From positions 2,841 through 66,840 of the forward strand of contig VGBK01000002.1 in NCBI GenBank assembly GCA_016870535.1: a DNA stretch of 64,000 nucleotides. The letters run 5' to 3'. Position numbers and translations under genes: made by a program. The notes beneath the pieces were generated by a model. That model made no database searches. It worked only from the letters and a program-made list of their open reading frames with translations, and had not been told where the DNA came from. Position 1 is the stretch's first letter. Each line of letters starts with the position of its first letter. The DNA is from Actinomycetota bacterium. GTDB taxonomy: Bacteria; Actinomycetota; Acidimicrobiia; Spongiisociales; UBA11373. Shown here in pieces: positions 19,340-30,089 of the stretch.

Positions 19340-19738
19340 CTACGCCTCGTCGCGCGCCAGGTCGAGGGCGGCGGAGTTCATGCAGTACCTCAGTCCCGTG
19401 GGATCGGGCCCATCGTCGAACACGTGGCCCAAGTGGCCCCCACACCCGGCGCACCGCACCTCGGTCCGCACCCGCCCGTGGGAGCGGTCCTCATGGGTGG
19501 TCACCGCCGCCGCATCCACCACCTCCCAGAACGAAGGCCAGCCGGTGCCGGAGTCGTACTTGGCCTCGGAGCGGAAGAGCGCCGCCCCGCAGCCCGCGCA
19601 GTGGTAGGTCCCGGCGTCCTTGGCAGCCCAATAGGCGCCGGTGAAGGGAGGCTCGGTCGCGCTGCACCGCAGCACCTGGTACTGCTCGGAGCTGAGTCGT
19701 CCCCGCCACTCGTCGTCGCCGCCGGCCACGTCGCCCAT
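19340..19738 (-). CDS. msrB: Peptide-methionine (R)-S-oxide reductase MsrB.
   Basis: CAGCGAALF ... [22 protein letters not shown] is the SelR fold with two CxxC pairs. ATG at 19738. Confidence 0.85.
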   Translation of the reverse strand: MGDVAGGDDEWRGRLSSEQYQVLRCSATEPPFTGAYWAAKDAGTYHCAGCGAALFRSEAKYDSGTGWPSFWEVVDAAAVTTHEDRSHGRVRTEVRCAGCGGHLGHVFDDGPDPTGLRYCMNSAALDLARDEA

Positions 19739-19863
19739 CGCTACCTCCGCCTCGCACCCTACTCTCGGCCCACCCGATAGCCGCCCCGGGCCGGGCCTCG
19801 ATGTTGGGTCGACGGTCGCCCGCTCGATCTCGACCCTCACCGCGAGGCTACGGTGTCGCACTC

Positions 19864-21315
19864 TCAAGTGGCAGTCGAGCCTTCCCCGAGCCGCCACACC
19901 CCGGCGCTTCGGCCCGGCACTTCGGCCTGCGCCTCTCCCCCGACCCACTCTCCCCCGCCCCACAGGCGAACGGGGGCGCCGCCGCTCGCCGGGAGGGCCA
20001 TACGCGCCGGGGTGCTCCCGGCGTTGACCACCACGGCGAGGGCCTCGCCCTCCCCTTCCCGAACGAACCCGTAGCAGTCACCCGCCGCGCCGAGATGGCG
20101 GTAGCCACCCCGGCGCAAGGCCGGGTGGTTCTTCCGCAGGGCGGCCAGGCTGCGGAACCCCTCCAACAAGACTCGATCCCAGGTCTCCGGACGCTCCCAG
20201 GGGAAGGCGCCGCGCCCTCCCGGGTCGTGGTGGCCCGTCAGGCCGACCTCGTCGCCGTAGTAGATGCAAGGCGCCCCGGTGAAGGTGAACAGCAGCACTG
20301 CCGCCAGGATCACCGCGTCCCGATCCTCCCCCACCATGCTCAGCACTCGCGGCGTGTCGTGCGAGCCGAGCAGGTTCAGGTTCCCGCGCTGGGCCTCCCC
20401 GGGGTAGGTGGCCAGCAGGCGATCCACCGCCTCCCGGTACCCGGCCGCACCAAAGGGCGGCTGCAGGGTGAGGTTCACCGGGGCCACCACCGCCGGGTCG
20501 ATCCGCTCCCCGGCAGCGAACCGCAGGACCGCCTCGGTCAGCACGTAGTTCATCACCCCGTCGAAGCGCTCCCCCGACACCGTCCACTCCGGCGCCGGGT
20601 GCCAGATCTCCCCCACCAGGTAGGCCTCGGGATTGACCGCCTTCACCCGGGAGCGGAACTCCTCCCAGAAGCCCGGCGTGGTGATCTCCTCGGGCACATC
20701 GAGCCGCCAGCCGTCGGCCCCGCGCTGGATCCAATGCTCGGCCACCCTCATCAGGTACTCCCGCACCTCCGGGTTGCCCGTGTTCAGCTTGGGCAGGGCG
20801 TGGAGGCGCCACCAGGCCTCGTAGTCGGGAGGGCGGCTCAGGTCGTAGGCGTTCACCGGCATCCCGTGGATGGTGAACCAATCGAGGTAAGGGGAGTCGG
20901 CCCCGTTCTCGAGGACGTCGTGGAACGGGAAGAAGCCGCGCCCGGTGTGGTTGAAGACTCCGTCGAGCACCACCCGCATCCCCCGCTCATGCGCCGCCCG
21001 GATGAGAGTGTCGAAGGCCGCGTTGCCCCCCAGCAGGGGATCGACCGACAGGTAGTCGTAGGCGTGGTAGCGGTGGTTGGAGGCCGACTGGAAGATCGGG
21101 TTGAGGTACAGGCCGGTGATCCCCAGATCGGCCAGCCAGCCCAGACGCTCCACCACTCCCAGCAAGTCCCCGCCCTTGTACCCGTGACGCGTCGGCGGGA
21201 CATCCCAGGCTTCCAGCCGGGCGGGCTTCGGGACCCGGGCCGAGCGAGCGAAGCGATCGGGGAAGATCTGATAGAAGACGGCGTCGGCAACCCAGGACGG
21301 CGGAGTGTGGCTCAT
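19864..21315 (-). CDS. Glycoside hydrolase family 13 (alpha-amylase superfamily) enzyme.
   Basis: GH13 regions I-IV are present ([36 protein letters not shown]). Confidence 0.8.
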   Translation of the reverse strand: MSHTPPSWVADAVFYQIFPDRFARSARVPKPARLEAWDVPPTRHGYKGGDLLGVVERLGWLADLGITGLYLNPIFQSASNHRYHAYDYLSVDPLLGGNAAFDTLIRAAHERGMRVVLDGVFNHTGRGFFPFHDVLENGADSPYLDWFTIHGMPVNAYDLSRPPDYEAWWRLHALPKLNTGNPEVREYLMRVAEHWIQRGADGWRLDVPEEITTPGFWEEFRSRVKAVNPEAYLVGEIWHPAPEWTVSGERFDGVMNYVLTEAVLRFAAGERIDPAVVAPVNLTLQPPFGAAGYREAVDRLLATYPGEAQRGNLNLLGSHDTPRVLSMVGEDRDAVILAAVLLFTFTGAPCIYYGDEVGLTGHHDPGGRGAFPWERPETWDRVLLEGFRSLAALRKNHPALRRGGYRHLGAAGDCYGFVREGEGEALAVVVNAGSTPARMALPASGGAPVRLWGGGEWVGGEAQAEVPGRSAGVWRLGEGSTAT

Positions 21316-21367
21316 CGAGTCGAGAGTCTGCCACGCCGGGAAGGTGGCTCAGCCGTCGGCCGCCGCC

Positions 21368-21925
21368 TCACGATGGTGAGGTAGGCGGCTCCACCCTCCC
21401 CCCGGTTCGCCAGTAGACGCCCTCGGCCCGCGTCAGGAAGCCTTCATCCACCAGGTAGCGGCGCAGCGTGGTGTGGTCGGGGTAGAAGACCTGCAGCACC
21501 GAGTTCACCGCCACCTCGGGATAGCGCACTCCCGGCTCGAACTCCTGCACCAGGCGCTCCAACACCAGGCGGCGCTTGGCGTGATTGGCGGGCAGGGAAG
21601 CCAGGCGAGAGCCCGAGAAGAACTGCGCCAGTTGGCGGGCCTCCTCTGCAGTCCACGGCCCTTCCAGCAGCACCGGGTCTGCCGGCGCGGCCTGGGGCAG
21701 CGCCCGGGCGATGCGCTGCAGAACGCCCCGGTCGAGCCTCAGGTCCCGGCCCAGCAAGCCCGTGGCCACCAGGCGGCCTACCTCGCGCCGCACCCGGCGA
21801 GGGTCTTCGTGGAGTTCGACGGCGAGGAGGTCGGCGTCTACCGGAGCGGCCGCCGCCTTGCCCAGGATGGCCAGGCGCAGGTGATCGGCGGCGATGCGCA
21901 GGAACTCGGTCGGGCCGATGAGCAC
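21368..21925 (-). CDS. DUF2087 domain protein (putative transcriptional regulator).
   Basis: The C-terminal VLQVFYPDHTTLRRYLVDEGFLTRAEGVYWR motif is characteristic of DUF2087. Confidence 0.5.
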   Translation of the reverse strand: MLIGPTEFLRIAADHLRLAILGKAAAAPVDADLLAVELHEDPRRVRREVGRLVATGLLGRDLRLDRGVLQRIARALPQAAPADPVLLEGPWTAEEARQLAQFFSGSRLASLPANHAKRRLVLERLVQEFEPGVRYPEVAVNSVLQVFYPDHTTLRRYLVDEGFLTRAEGVYWRTGGRVEPPTSPS

Positions 21926-21975
21926 CCGCCCAGGCTACCGCCCCGTGGCACCGCCGGCTCGGTAGGCTGACGGGG

Positions 21976-22578
21976 GTGACCCGGCTCATCCTCATCCGCC
22001 ACGCCCCCACCGCCGAGACCGGCCGGCGGCTCACCGGCCGCCTCCCCGGCGTGGAGATCAGCCCCCGGGGCCGCCGGGCCGCCGGCGCCGCGGCGCGCCA
22101 CCTGGCCGAGGAGCCGCTGGCGGCCGTCTACACCTCGCCGGTCCTGCGCTGCCGTCAAACGGCAGCGCTCGTCGCCGCACCGCACGGACTGCGCCCCGTG
22201 GCCCACGGCGGCCTCACCGAGATCGACTACGGCGCCTGGGCGGGGCGACCCCTGGCGGCGCTGCGCCGTACCGCTGCCTGGCGGCTGCTGCAGACCACCC
22301 CGGCGCGCTTCGCCTTTCCCGAGGGCGAGTCGCTGCGCGCCGCCCAGGCCCGGGCGGTGCAGGCCGCCGAGGCCCTGGCCGGCCGTCATCCCGGCTCCGC
22401 GCTCGCCCTGGTGACCCACGGGGACGTCGTGCGCTTCATCCTGGCCCACCACCTGGGAGTGCCCCTGGACCTCTACTCCCGCCTGGCCGTGGACCCCGCC
22501 TCGCTCTCCATCCTGGACCTGCCTCCCCACGGCCCGCCGACGCTCCGCGAACTCAACCTCACGCCCGGAGGCACCTGA
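21976..22578 (+). CDS. Histidine phosphatase family protein (phosphoglycerate mutase-like).
   Basis: The RHG motif appears as LIRHAPT...R...H in the histidine-phosphatase fold. Confidence 0.7.
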   Translation: MTRLILIRHAPTAETGRRLTGRLPGVEISPRGRRAAGAAARHLAEEPLAAVYTSPVLRCRQTAALVAAPHGLRPVAHGGLTEIDYGAWAGRPLAALRRTAAWRLLQTTPARFAFPEGESLRAAQARAVQAAEALAGRHPGSALALVTHGDVVRFILAHHLGVPLDLYSRLAVDPASLSILDLPPHGPPTLRELNLTPGGT

Positions 22579-23036
22579 TGCGCTCTCTGGGTCGGGTGGG
22601 GCACCTCGCCGCCGGGGCCGTTGGGCCACCCGGCCGGCGCATCTTCTACCTGGAAGTGGGATCTGCCGAGGATCGCGAGTGCTTCCTCCTCGAGAAGGAG
22701 CAGGTGGCCGCGCTCGCCGCCCACGGCCTCGAACTCGCCGGTGCCGAAGCCGGCGGCGGCCCTGGGCCCTCCCCGGGGCCCCCTGGGGAACCCACCTTCC
22801 GCGTCGCCGAGATCGGCCTGGGCACCGACGGGGACGAGATCGTCGTCCTCCTCTCGCCGGCCGACGGGCCCGAACCGGTGGCCTTCACCGTACCGGCCGA
22901 GGTGTTCGCCGCCATGGCGCGGCAGGCTCTGGAGGTCGTGGCCGCCGGCCGTCCGCCCTGCCGCCTGTGCGGGCTGCCCCTGGACCCCGACGGGCACGCC
23001 TGCCCGGGCGGCAACGGGGACCTGCGCCGCCGGTGA
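22578..23036 (+). CDS. DUF3090-family protein.
   Basis: About 150 aa with a C-terminal CRLCGLPLDPDGHACP motif. The start overlaps the preceding stop, and the gene is followed by a SCO1664-family gene, the typical pairing. Confidence 0.55.
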   Translation: MRSLGRVGHLAAGAVGPPGRRIFYLEVGSAEDRECFLLEKEQVAALAAHGLELAGAEAGGGPGPSPGPPGEPTFRVAEIGLGTDGDEIVVLLSPADGPEPVAFTVPAEVFAAMARQALEVVAAGRPPCRLCGLPLDPDGHACPGGNGDLRRR

Positions 23037-23719
23037 CCGGCCCGCCGGCGGCGTTGGTGGACGAGGTCGTCGGCCGCTTCGCCGGCGCCTCGAACCTCAC
23101 TCTGCTGGCTCGCTCCGGTGGGCGCCTCGTCGTCTACAAGCCAACCGCCGGAATCCGACCCCTGTGGGACTTCGATCCGGTCACGCTGGCGGCACGCGAG
23201 GTTCTGGCCTTTCGGGTCTCCGAGGCAATGGGCCTGGGCGTGGTGCCCGAGACATCCTTCGCCGATGGGCCCCTGGGACCCGGCGCGGTGCAGCGCTTCA
23301 TCGAGCAGGCGGCGCCGTCCGCCCCCATCGACCTCATCGCCACCGCCGACGAGTCGCTCTGGCCCGTGGCCCTCCTGGACCTGGTGCTGAACAACGCCGA
23401 CCGCAAGGCGGGGCACCTGCTCCTCGAGGCCGGCACGGGCCGTCTGTGGGCCATCGACCAGGGCCTCACCTTCCATCCGGAGGCGAAACTGCGCACCGTT
23501 CTCTGGGGCTTCGCCGGCCGCCGCGTCCCTCGGGCCCTGCTCCCCTCCCTCGACCGGCTGAGAGCGATGCTCGACTCGGGCCTGAGCGAGGAGGTGGCTT
23601 CGTCCCTCGGCGAGGCGGAGGCGGCGGCGCTGGAGGGACGAGCCGACGCCCTGTGGCATCGGCCGGTGCATCCCCGCCCGCCGCCGGACCGTCACCCGCT
23701 CCCCTGGCCGCCTTACTGA
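23033..23719 (+). CDS. SCO1664-family protein (uncharacterised, actinobacterial).
   Basis: GTG at 23033 overlaps the DUF3090 stop (GTGA). The sequence resembles the conserved partner of DUF3090. The ORF track's start at 22679 runs antisense-like through the upstream gene and is rejected. Confidence 0.5.
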   Translation: MTGPPAALVDEVVGRFAGASNLTLLARSGGRLVVYKPTAGIRPLWDFDPVTLAAREVLAFRVSEAMGLGVVPETSFADGPLGPGAVQRFIEQAAPSAPIDLIATADESLWPVALLDLVLNNADRKAGHLLLEAGTGRLWAIDQGLTFHPEAKLRTVLWGFAGRRVPRALLPSLDRLRAMLDSGLSEEVASSLGEAEAAALEGRADALWHRPVHPRPPPDRHPLPWPPY

Positions 23720-23815
23720 GCCGGTCTCTTCTCCGCCCGTCGACTTGACGAGATCGACCCGGGGTGTAGTCTCCCAATAGACTAAAGCGGAGCGAGTTGA
23801 TCGACTTGCTCTGTA

Positions 23816-24913
23816 TTGCCCATGCAGGAGGCTTCCCGTATGACCGCAAGGTTCGTCCGCCGCCTGGCCCCGGCCCTGGCGGCGGTGCTCGCCCTGGCCG
23901 TCGCCGCCTGCGGCGGCGGCAGTGGCGCCACCACCGCCGTCCCCGACGGGAACGGTGCGGGCACCCTGACCGGCACCGTGCGCCTGGGCATGTTCCCCAA
24001 CGTGACCCACGCCCCGGCCCTGGTCGGCCTCGGGCGGGGCCTCTTCCAGGAGGCCCTCGGCCCCGGGGTCAAACTCGAACTCAGCTACTTCAATGCCGGC
24101 GGCGAGGCCATCGAAGCCATGTTCGGCGGGGGGATCGACATGACCTTCATCGGGCCCAACCCGGCGATCAACGGGTTCGCCCAATCCAACGGCACGGCCA
24201 TCCGCATCGTGGCCGGGTCCACCTCCGGCGGCGCCTTCCTGATCGTCCGCCCCGGCATCACCCGACCCGCGGACCTGGTCGGGGCCTCCCTGGCCACGCC
24301 GGCGCTGGGCAACACCCAGGATGTCGCCCTGCGCGCCTGGCTGACCGACCAGGGCCTCACCTACGACGTAGCCGGAGGCGGAGACGTCGCCGTCATCCCC
24401 CAGGCCAATCCCGACACCCTGCGCGCTTTCCAGGCCGGCGACATCGACGGGGCCTGGGTGCCCGAGCCCTGGGCGACACGCCTCATTCAAGAGGGGGGCG
24501 GGGTGGTCCTGGTCGACGAGCGCGACCTGTGGCCCGGCGGCCGGTTCGTCACCACTCACCTCATCGTGCGCACCGCCTTTCTCGAGCAACACCCCGACCT
24601 GGTCGAAGCGGTGGTCCGCGCCGACCTGGCCGCCATCGCCTTCTGCAACGAGAGCCCCGACGAAGCGCAGCAGATCGTCAACGACCAGATCGAGGAGATC
24701 ACGGGGAAGCGTCTCCCCGACCCGGTCATCGCCGGCGCCTGGGAGACCCTGGACTTCACCTGGGATCCGATCGCTTCGTCCCTGCAAGAGTCGGCGGACG
24801 ATGCCGTGACCGCCGGTCTGCTGAAGCCGGTCGACCTGACCGGCATCTACGCCCTCGATATCCTCAACCGCCTCCTCGCCGAGGGGGGCCAAGCACCGGT
24901 GGCCGGCCTGTGA
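23816..24913 (+). CDS. ABC transporter substrate-binding lipoprotein of the NitT/TauT (SsuA/NMT1) family.
   Basis: Signal plus lipobox (LAVAACGGGSG). NMT1/SsuA-like periplasmic binding fold. The alternative start at 23840 (MTARF...) is equally plausible. Confidence 0.75.
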   Translation: MPMQEASRMTARFVRRLAPALAAVLALAVAACGGGSGATTAVPDGNGAGTLTGTVRLGMFPNVTHAPALVGLGRGLFQEALGPGVKLELSYFNAGGEAIEAMFGGGIDMTFIGPNPAINGFAQSNGTAIRIVAGSTSGGAFLIVRPGITRPADLVGASLATPALGNTQDVALRAWLTDQGLTYDVAGGGDVAVIPQANPDTLRAFQAGDIDGAWVPEPWATRLIQEGGGVVLVDERDLWPGGRFVTTHLIVRTAFLEQHPDLVEAVVRADLAAIAFCNESPDEAQQIVNDQIEEITGKRLPDPVIAGAWETLDFTWDPIASSLQESADDAVTAGLLKPVDLTGIYALDILNRLLAEGGQAPVAGL

Positions 24914-25701
24914 CCGCCACCCTCTCCCATGGTCCTGCGGCTCACACGAAGGCCGCAGAAGCCGCGGTCCGGGTCGACGCAGTCAGCAAGATCTTCGGCC
25001 ACGGCCCCGAGGCGGTGCAGGCCCTCGACCGGTTGACCCTCCAGGTCGACCGGGGGGAGTTCGTCTGCCTGGTAGGAGCCTCCGGGTGCGGCAAGAGCAC
25101 CCTGCTCCACATGCTCGCCGGCCTGGACTCCCCCACGGCGGGCTCCATCGCCGTCGAGGGCCGCACCGGGCTCATGTTCCAGGAGGCGGCCCTGTTCCCA
25201 TGGCTGACGGTGGCGGGCAACGTCGCTCTGGCGCTGCGCCTGCGGGGGGTGGGCCGGGCCGAGCGCCGGCCTCTGGTGACCTCGCTGCTGGAGATGGTGC
25301 ATCTGGAGGGTTTCGCCTCTCGCCGGCCCCACGAGTTGTCGGGCGGCATGCGCCAGCGAGTCGCCCTGGCGCGGGCCCTGGCGCAGAACGCCGACGTGAT
25401 GCTCATGGACGAACCCTTCGGCTCTCTCGACGCCATGACCCGCGACCTGCTGCACGCCGAACTCGAACGGCTGTGGACGGAGCGCCGCTTCACCGTGCTC
25501 TTCGTCACCCACAATGTGCGCGAGGCGGTGCGACTGGCGGACCGCGTGCTGGTGCTGACCTCCCGCCCGGGGCGGCTGTCGGCGTCGTTCCGGGTCGACA
25601 TCCCCCGGCCCCGGCGCATCGAGACCCCGGCAGTATCGGCGCTGGCCGGGGAAATCACCGAACAGCTGAGCGTGGAGGTGCGCCGCCATGGCCACGCGTG
25701 A
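24909..25701 (+). CDS. ABC transporter ATP-binding protein (NitT/TauT family).
   Basis: Walker A GASGCGKST, signature LSGGMRQR and Walker B LMDEPF. GTG at 24909 overlaps the stop of the substrate-binding protein. The track ORF from 23797 is an out-of-frame-looking upstream extension. Confidence 0.8.
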
Positions 25702-26557
25702 TCGTCTCACCGAGGAGGTAGCCGGACTCGATGCCCTCGATCTGCCCAAAGCACCCAGGGTCCGACGGGCCGTCCGCCTCTGGGCCGGCTTCTGGCCCAA
25801 GATCGCGGCTCTGGCCCTCGCCCTCGGCCTGTGGCAGGCGGTGGTCTGGTCGGGCTGGAAACCCACCTACGTCCTTCCCCACCCTTGGACGGTCCTCTCG
25901 GAGTTGGGACGACGCGTCGGCGACGGCACCTTGATGACGGCGGCCGGCATCACCCTGCGTCGGGCGCTGGTGGGCTACACCCTCGCCGTCCTGGTGGGCA
26001 CGGCCATCGGCAGCCTGGTGTCGCGCGTCAAGCTGCTGCGGGTCGCCACCGGGTCGCTGATCACCGGGCTGCAGACCATGCCGTCCATCGCCTGGTTCCC
26101 CCTGGCCATCCTGATCTTCAAGCTCTCGGAGTCGGCCATCCTGTTCGTGATCATCCTCGGAGCCGCCCCGGCCATCGCCAACGGGTTGATCACCGGGGCC
26201 GACCACATCCCGCCGCTGCTGCTGCGGGCGGGCCGGGTCCTGGGAGCACGCCGACTCGCCCTGTACCGCTATGTGATCCTCCCCGCCTCGCTCCCCGGAT
26301 TCGTCGCCGGGATGAAGCAGGGCTGGTCGTTCGCCTGGCGCAGCCTGATGGCCGGGGAGTTGCTGGTCATCATCGCTCGCAAGCAGTCGATCGGAGTGCA
26401 GTTGCAGGTGGCTCGCGACTTGGCCGATGCCCCCGGCCTGATGGCCACCATGCTGCTGATCCTGATCATCGGCATCGCCGTGGACTCGCTCTTCTTCGGC
26501 ACCCTCGACCGGGCCATCCGCCGCCGTTGGGGCCTGATGGACCCGGCCACGTCATAG
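25688..26557 (+). CDS. ABC transporter permease (NitT/TauT family).
   Basis: Six-TM BPD-type permease with an EAA-like loop. Overlaps the ATPase stop. Confidence 0.8.
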   Translation: MATRDRLTEEVAGLDALDLPKAPRVRRAVRLWAGFWPKIAALALALGLWQAVVWSGWKPTYVLPHPWTVLSELGRRVGDGTLMTAAGITLRRALVGYTLAVLVGTAIGSLVSRVKLLRVATGSLITGLQTMPSIAWFPLAILIFKLSESAILFVIILGAAPAIANGLITGADHIPPLLLRAGRVLGARRLALYRYVILPASLPGFVAGMKQGWSFAWRSLMAGELLVIIARKQSIGVQLQVARDLADAPGLMATMLLILIIGIAVDSLFFGTLDRAIRRRWGLMDPATS

Positions 26558-26566
26558 GTTGATCCT

Positions 26567-26599
26567 CCGAGGGCCCCCGCCGGAAGCGGAGGCCCTCGG
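26567..26599. terminator. Bidirectional stem-loop between convergent genes.
   Basis: Perfect inverted repeat CCGAGGGCC-(15 nt)-GGCCCTCGG lies between the end of the permease (+) and the end of the SSB-like gene (-). Confidence 0.4.
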
Positions 26600-26629
26600 A
26601 GCGGCCGACCCTGCAGCACCCCCGGCGCG

Positions 26630-27004
26630 TCAGTCGGCGCCCGCCTCCGAGCGCAGGCAGACCTGATCGGCCACTACCTCCAGCCGGCTGCGGCGGCCTT
26701 CGGCCCCGCTCCAGAAGCGCCGTTGCACCGACCCGGCCACCCACACCGGCCGCCCGGGAGCGGGTTCTGCGTCGACCAGTTCCGCCGGGGGGTCCCACAG
26801 CGTCACCGGGACGACGTCCACCCGGCGCGGCTCTTCGGACCGAACGGTGACCAGATAGCGGGCCAGCCGGCTGCCGCTCTCGAACTGCCGTATCTCGACG
26901 GGGGCGGCCAGGCGACCGCACAGGACTACGAGGTTCAGATCCACCTTGGCACCTTCCTGGGGAATTCGGGGGGCGAGGCTCAAGGTATGCCGGAGGGGTG
27001 ACAC
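26630..27004 (-). CDS. Single-stranded DNA-binding protein paralog (OB fold, no acidic C-tail).
   Basis: SSB-like pattern NLVVLCGRLAAPVEIR...YLVTVRS...VDVVPVTLW...SVQRRFW. Only about 124 aa. Confidence 0.5.
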   Translation of the reverse strand: MSPLRHTLSLAPRIPQEGAKVDLNLVVLCGRLAAPVEIRQFESGSRLARYLVTVRSEEPRRVDVVPVTLWDPPAELVDAEPAPGRPVWVAGSVQRRFWSGAEGRRSRLEVVADQVCLRSEAGAD

Positions 27005-27145
27005 GAACGCGCCCTACTCCGCCGACCCCGAGCGGGCCCGGCTCGCCGCCTCAGCGCTCCGGCCCCATCGCGCCGCCGCCGACCCCCTCCCTCGGCCTTT
27101 CGGCCGCCACCGCCGCGCCGTCCCGGACGGGTAACCTCGCCGTCA

Positions 27146-28065
27146 TGCCCGACGTCGCCGTAACCCCCCTGGGCCACGACCTGTACCTGATCGACGCCTT
27201 GATGCACGATCAGCCGGAGCGCCTCGCCTGCTACCTGTTCGACACACCCGAGAGAGTGCTGGTGGAATGCGGCCCCTCGTCCTCCATCGCCCATCTCTTC
27301 GCTGCGCTCGACCACCTGGGGATCGACGACATCGGCACCCTGGCGGTGACCCACATCCACCTGGACCACGCCGGAGGGGCCGGCCACTTCGCCGCCCGGT
27401 TCCCGCAAGCCCGGGTGGCGGTTCACACCCGCGGGGCCCCGCACCTGGTCGATCCGGCGCGCCTCCTGGCTTCCGCCACCCGCATCTACGGCGAGGAGGG
27501 GATGCGTCGCTACTGGGGGCCCATGGAGCCTCTCGACCCGGCCCGACTCGTCGTCCTCGACGAGGGAGACCGCCTCCGCCTCGGCGGGAGCCGGGCGCTC
27601 GAGGTGCTGTACACCCCCGGGCATGCCAAGCACCACCTGGTCTACCTCGAGGCAGAGACCGGAGCCTGCCTGGTGGGCGACGAGATCGGCGTGGCCTTCC
27701 CTCACGGCCACGCGGTGCAGCCCGACACCCCGCCCCCCGACTTCGATCCGGTCCTCATCACCGAGCAACTGCACCGTATCGCCGCCCGCCGCCCGGCCTT
27801 CCTCGGCCTGGCCCACTTCGGGCTTCACCCCGACCCCCAGGCGGCCCTCGCCCAAGCGGAGCAGCGACTGTGGGAGGCGGTGGCGTGGATCGAAGGCACC
27901 GCCCCGGCAGAGGATGAGGCGGCTGCCTATCGCTCCTGGGCGCTCGCCGGGCTCAGGGCGCTGGGCCTCCCCGAGGAGGAGATCGCCAAGTACGACGACT
28001 CCACATTCTGGGACATGCAGCCCGCCGGCCTGCGCCGCTGGCTGGAGCGGCGGCCCTCCCCCTGA
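27146..28065 (+). CDS. MBL-fold metallo-hydrolase.
   Basis: THIHLDHAGG motif (HxHxDH) and downstream His/Asp ligands. Met at 27146 is preferred over the track start at 26998. Confidence 0.7.
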
Positions 28066-28075
28066 CGCCGGTATC

Positions 28076-28873
28076 TCAGGCCCCGAGGGCCGCCTCGAGT
28101 TCGTCGAGGCCCGGAAAGCCGGGATCGCTCTCCGCGATGGCCTGGTAGAGCCGCCGGCTGCCCGACCGGTCACCCAGCCGCGCCGCGGCCCTCGCCGCCA
28201 CGTACCACACCCGCAACTCACCTTCTGTGGGCCGGGCTTTGAGGTTCGCCGGCCGGGTCAACTCCCAGGCCTCACGCGCCCGGTCCCCATCCAGCAGGTG
28301 AGAGGCATACACCACCCGGCCTTCATCGAGCGCCGCCTTGCTCCCCCCCAGCCGGCGAAGGAGCGCGTAGGCGGCCTCCACCTCCTCGGATCGCCCCAGG
28401 GCCCGCAGCGTGTCCATTTCCACCGGCAGGTGCGTGCTGTCCCCGCTCAACCTCCGGTAGGTCCGCAACTCCGCCAACGCCTGCTCCCAGCGCCCGATCC
28501 GGTACGCCGCCAGGCCGAGCACCTCCCGGACGGCCGGCAGCCGAGGCGTCAGCGCCTTGGCCTCTTCGGCGTGGCGCCGCGCCTTGGCATACCTCCCGGC
28601 CACGAACGCCGCCGCCGCCTCTTCCAATTCCAGCCGCGCCGCCGCCACCCGACGGCCCGACGTGACCCGGGCAAGCTCCTCGAGCAGCCACCCCGGCAGC
28701 CCGCCGCCACCCTCCTGGCGCCCCGTCCCTGCGCTGGGCCGTCCCGTGAGGCCCTCCCCGCGCCCGCTGTGCCCGCCGGACGCCCGGCCCCGGTCGTAAC
28801 CCGGCCGCGGCCTTCCGGCCGCGCTCCCACCGGCCCTGGCCCTGCCTCGTGGGTCGCGATCACGGGAACTCAT
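28076..28873 (-). CDS. TPR-like repeat protein, hypothetical.
   Basis: Ala/Leu-rich tandem helical repeats (YAKARRHAEEAKAL..., WEQALAELRTY...). The N-terminal part of the ORF is low complexity. Confidence 0.4.
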   Translation of the reverse strand: MSSRDRDPRGRARAGGSAAGRPRPGYDRGRASGGHSGRGEGLTGRPSAGTGRQEGGGGLPGWLLEELARVTSGRRVAAARLELEEAAAAFVAGRYAKARRHAEEAKALTPRLPAVREVLGLAAYRIGRWEQALAELRTYRRLSGDSTHLPVEMDTLRALGRSEEVEAAYALLRRLGGSKAALDEGRVVYASHLLDGDRAREAWELTRPANLKARPTEGELRVWYVAARAAARLGDRSGSRRLYQAIAESDPGFPGLDELEAALGA

Positions 28874-28952
28874 GCGGACATCGTACCGGCACCCCGGGCC
28901 TCCCCGGACGCGACGAAGGGCCGCCTCGCGGCGACCCTTCGTCCAAGAACCG

Positions 28953-29066
<114 letters not shown>

Positions 29067-29395
29067 TCTCGCGTGCTCGGCACCCCGAGCACTCCATAGC
29101 GAGCACTCACGTCTGAATTCACAAGCCCTCGGCCGATTAGTACCGGTCGGCTCAACGCATTGCTGCGCTTCCACCTCCGGCCTATCAACCTGGTGTTCTG
29201 CCAGGGGCCTTACCCGCGAACGGTGGGAGGTCTCATCTTGGAGCCGGCTTCGCACTTAGATGCCTTCAGCGCTTATCCGTGCCGTACATAGCCAACCAGC
29301 AGTGCCCTTGGCAGGACAACTGGCACACCAGAGGTACGTCCATCCCGGTCCTCTCGTACTGGGGATAGGTCTCCTCAAACCTCCTGCGCCTGCGA

Positions 29396-29427
<32 letters not shown>

Positions 29428-29446
29428 AAACCCAGCTCGCGTACCG

Positions 29447-29502
<56 letters not shown>

Positions 29503-30034
29503 GGCCGACATCGAGGTGCCAACCCTTGCCGTCGATATGGACTCTTGGGCAAGATTAGCCTGTTATCCCCGGGGTACCTTTTAGCCGATGAGCCACGGCG
29601 CTTCCACATGCCGCCGTAGGATCACTAGGCCCTGCTTTCGCATCTGCTCGACTCGTAGGTCTTGCAGTCAAGCTCCCTTGTGCCCTTACACTCGCCGTCT
29701 GATTGCCGACCAGACTGAGGGAACCTTTGGGCGCCTCCGTTACATTTTGGGAGGCCACCACCCCAGTGAAACTGCCCGCCAGGCACCGTCCCTAATCCGG
29801 ATAACGGACCGAGGTTAGAAGCCCGATATGCCAAGGGTGGTATTTCAACGCTGACTCCACAACGGCTAGCGCCGCTGCTTCCAAGTCTCCCACCTATCCT
29901 ACACATGCCACACCAGACTCCAATGCCAAGCTGCAGTAAAGGTCCCGGGGTCTTTCCGTCCTGTCGCAGGAAGTGAGCATCTTCACTCACACTGCAATTT
30001 CGCCGAGTCCGTGGTTGAGACAGCGCCCAAATCG

Positions 30035-30089
<55 letters not shown>

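Noticed and set aside
22679-23719. The 346-aa ORF as the SCO1664 gene.
   Set aside because: Its first roughly 118 codons overlap the DUF3090 gene in another frame. GTG at 23033 overlapping the upstream stop gives a protein of family-typical size.
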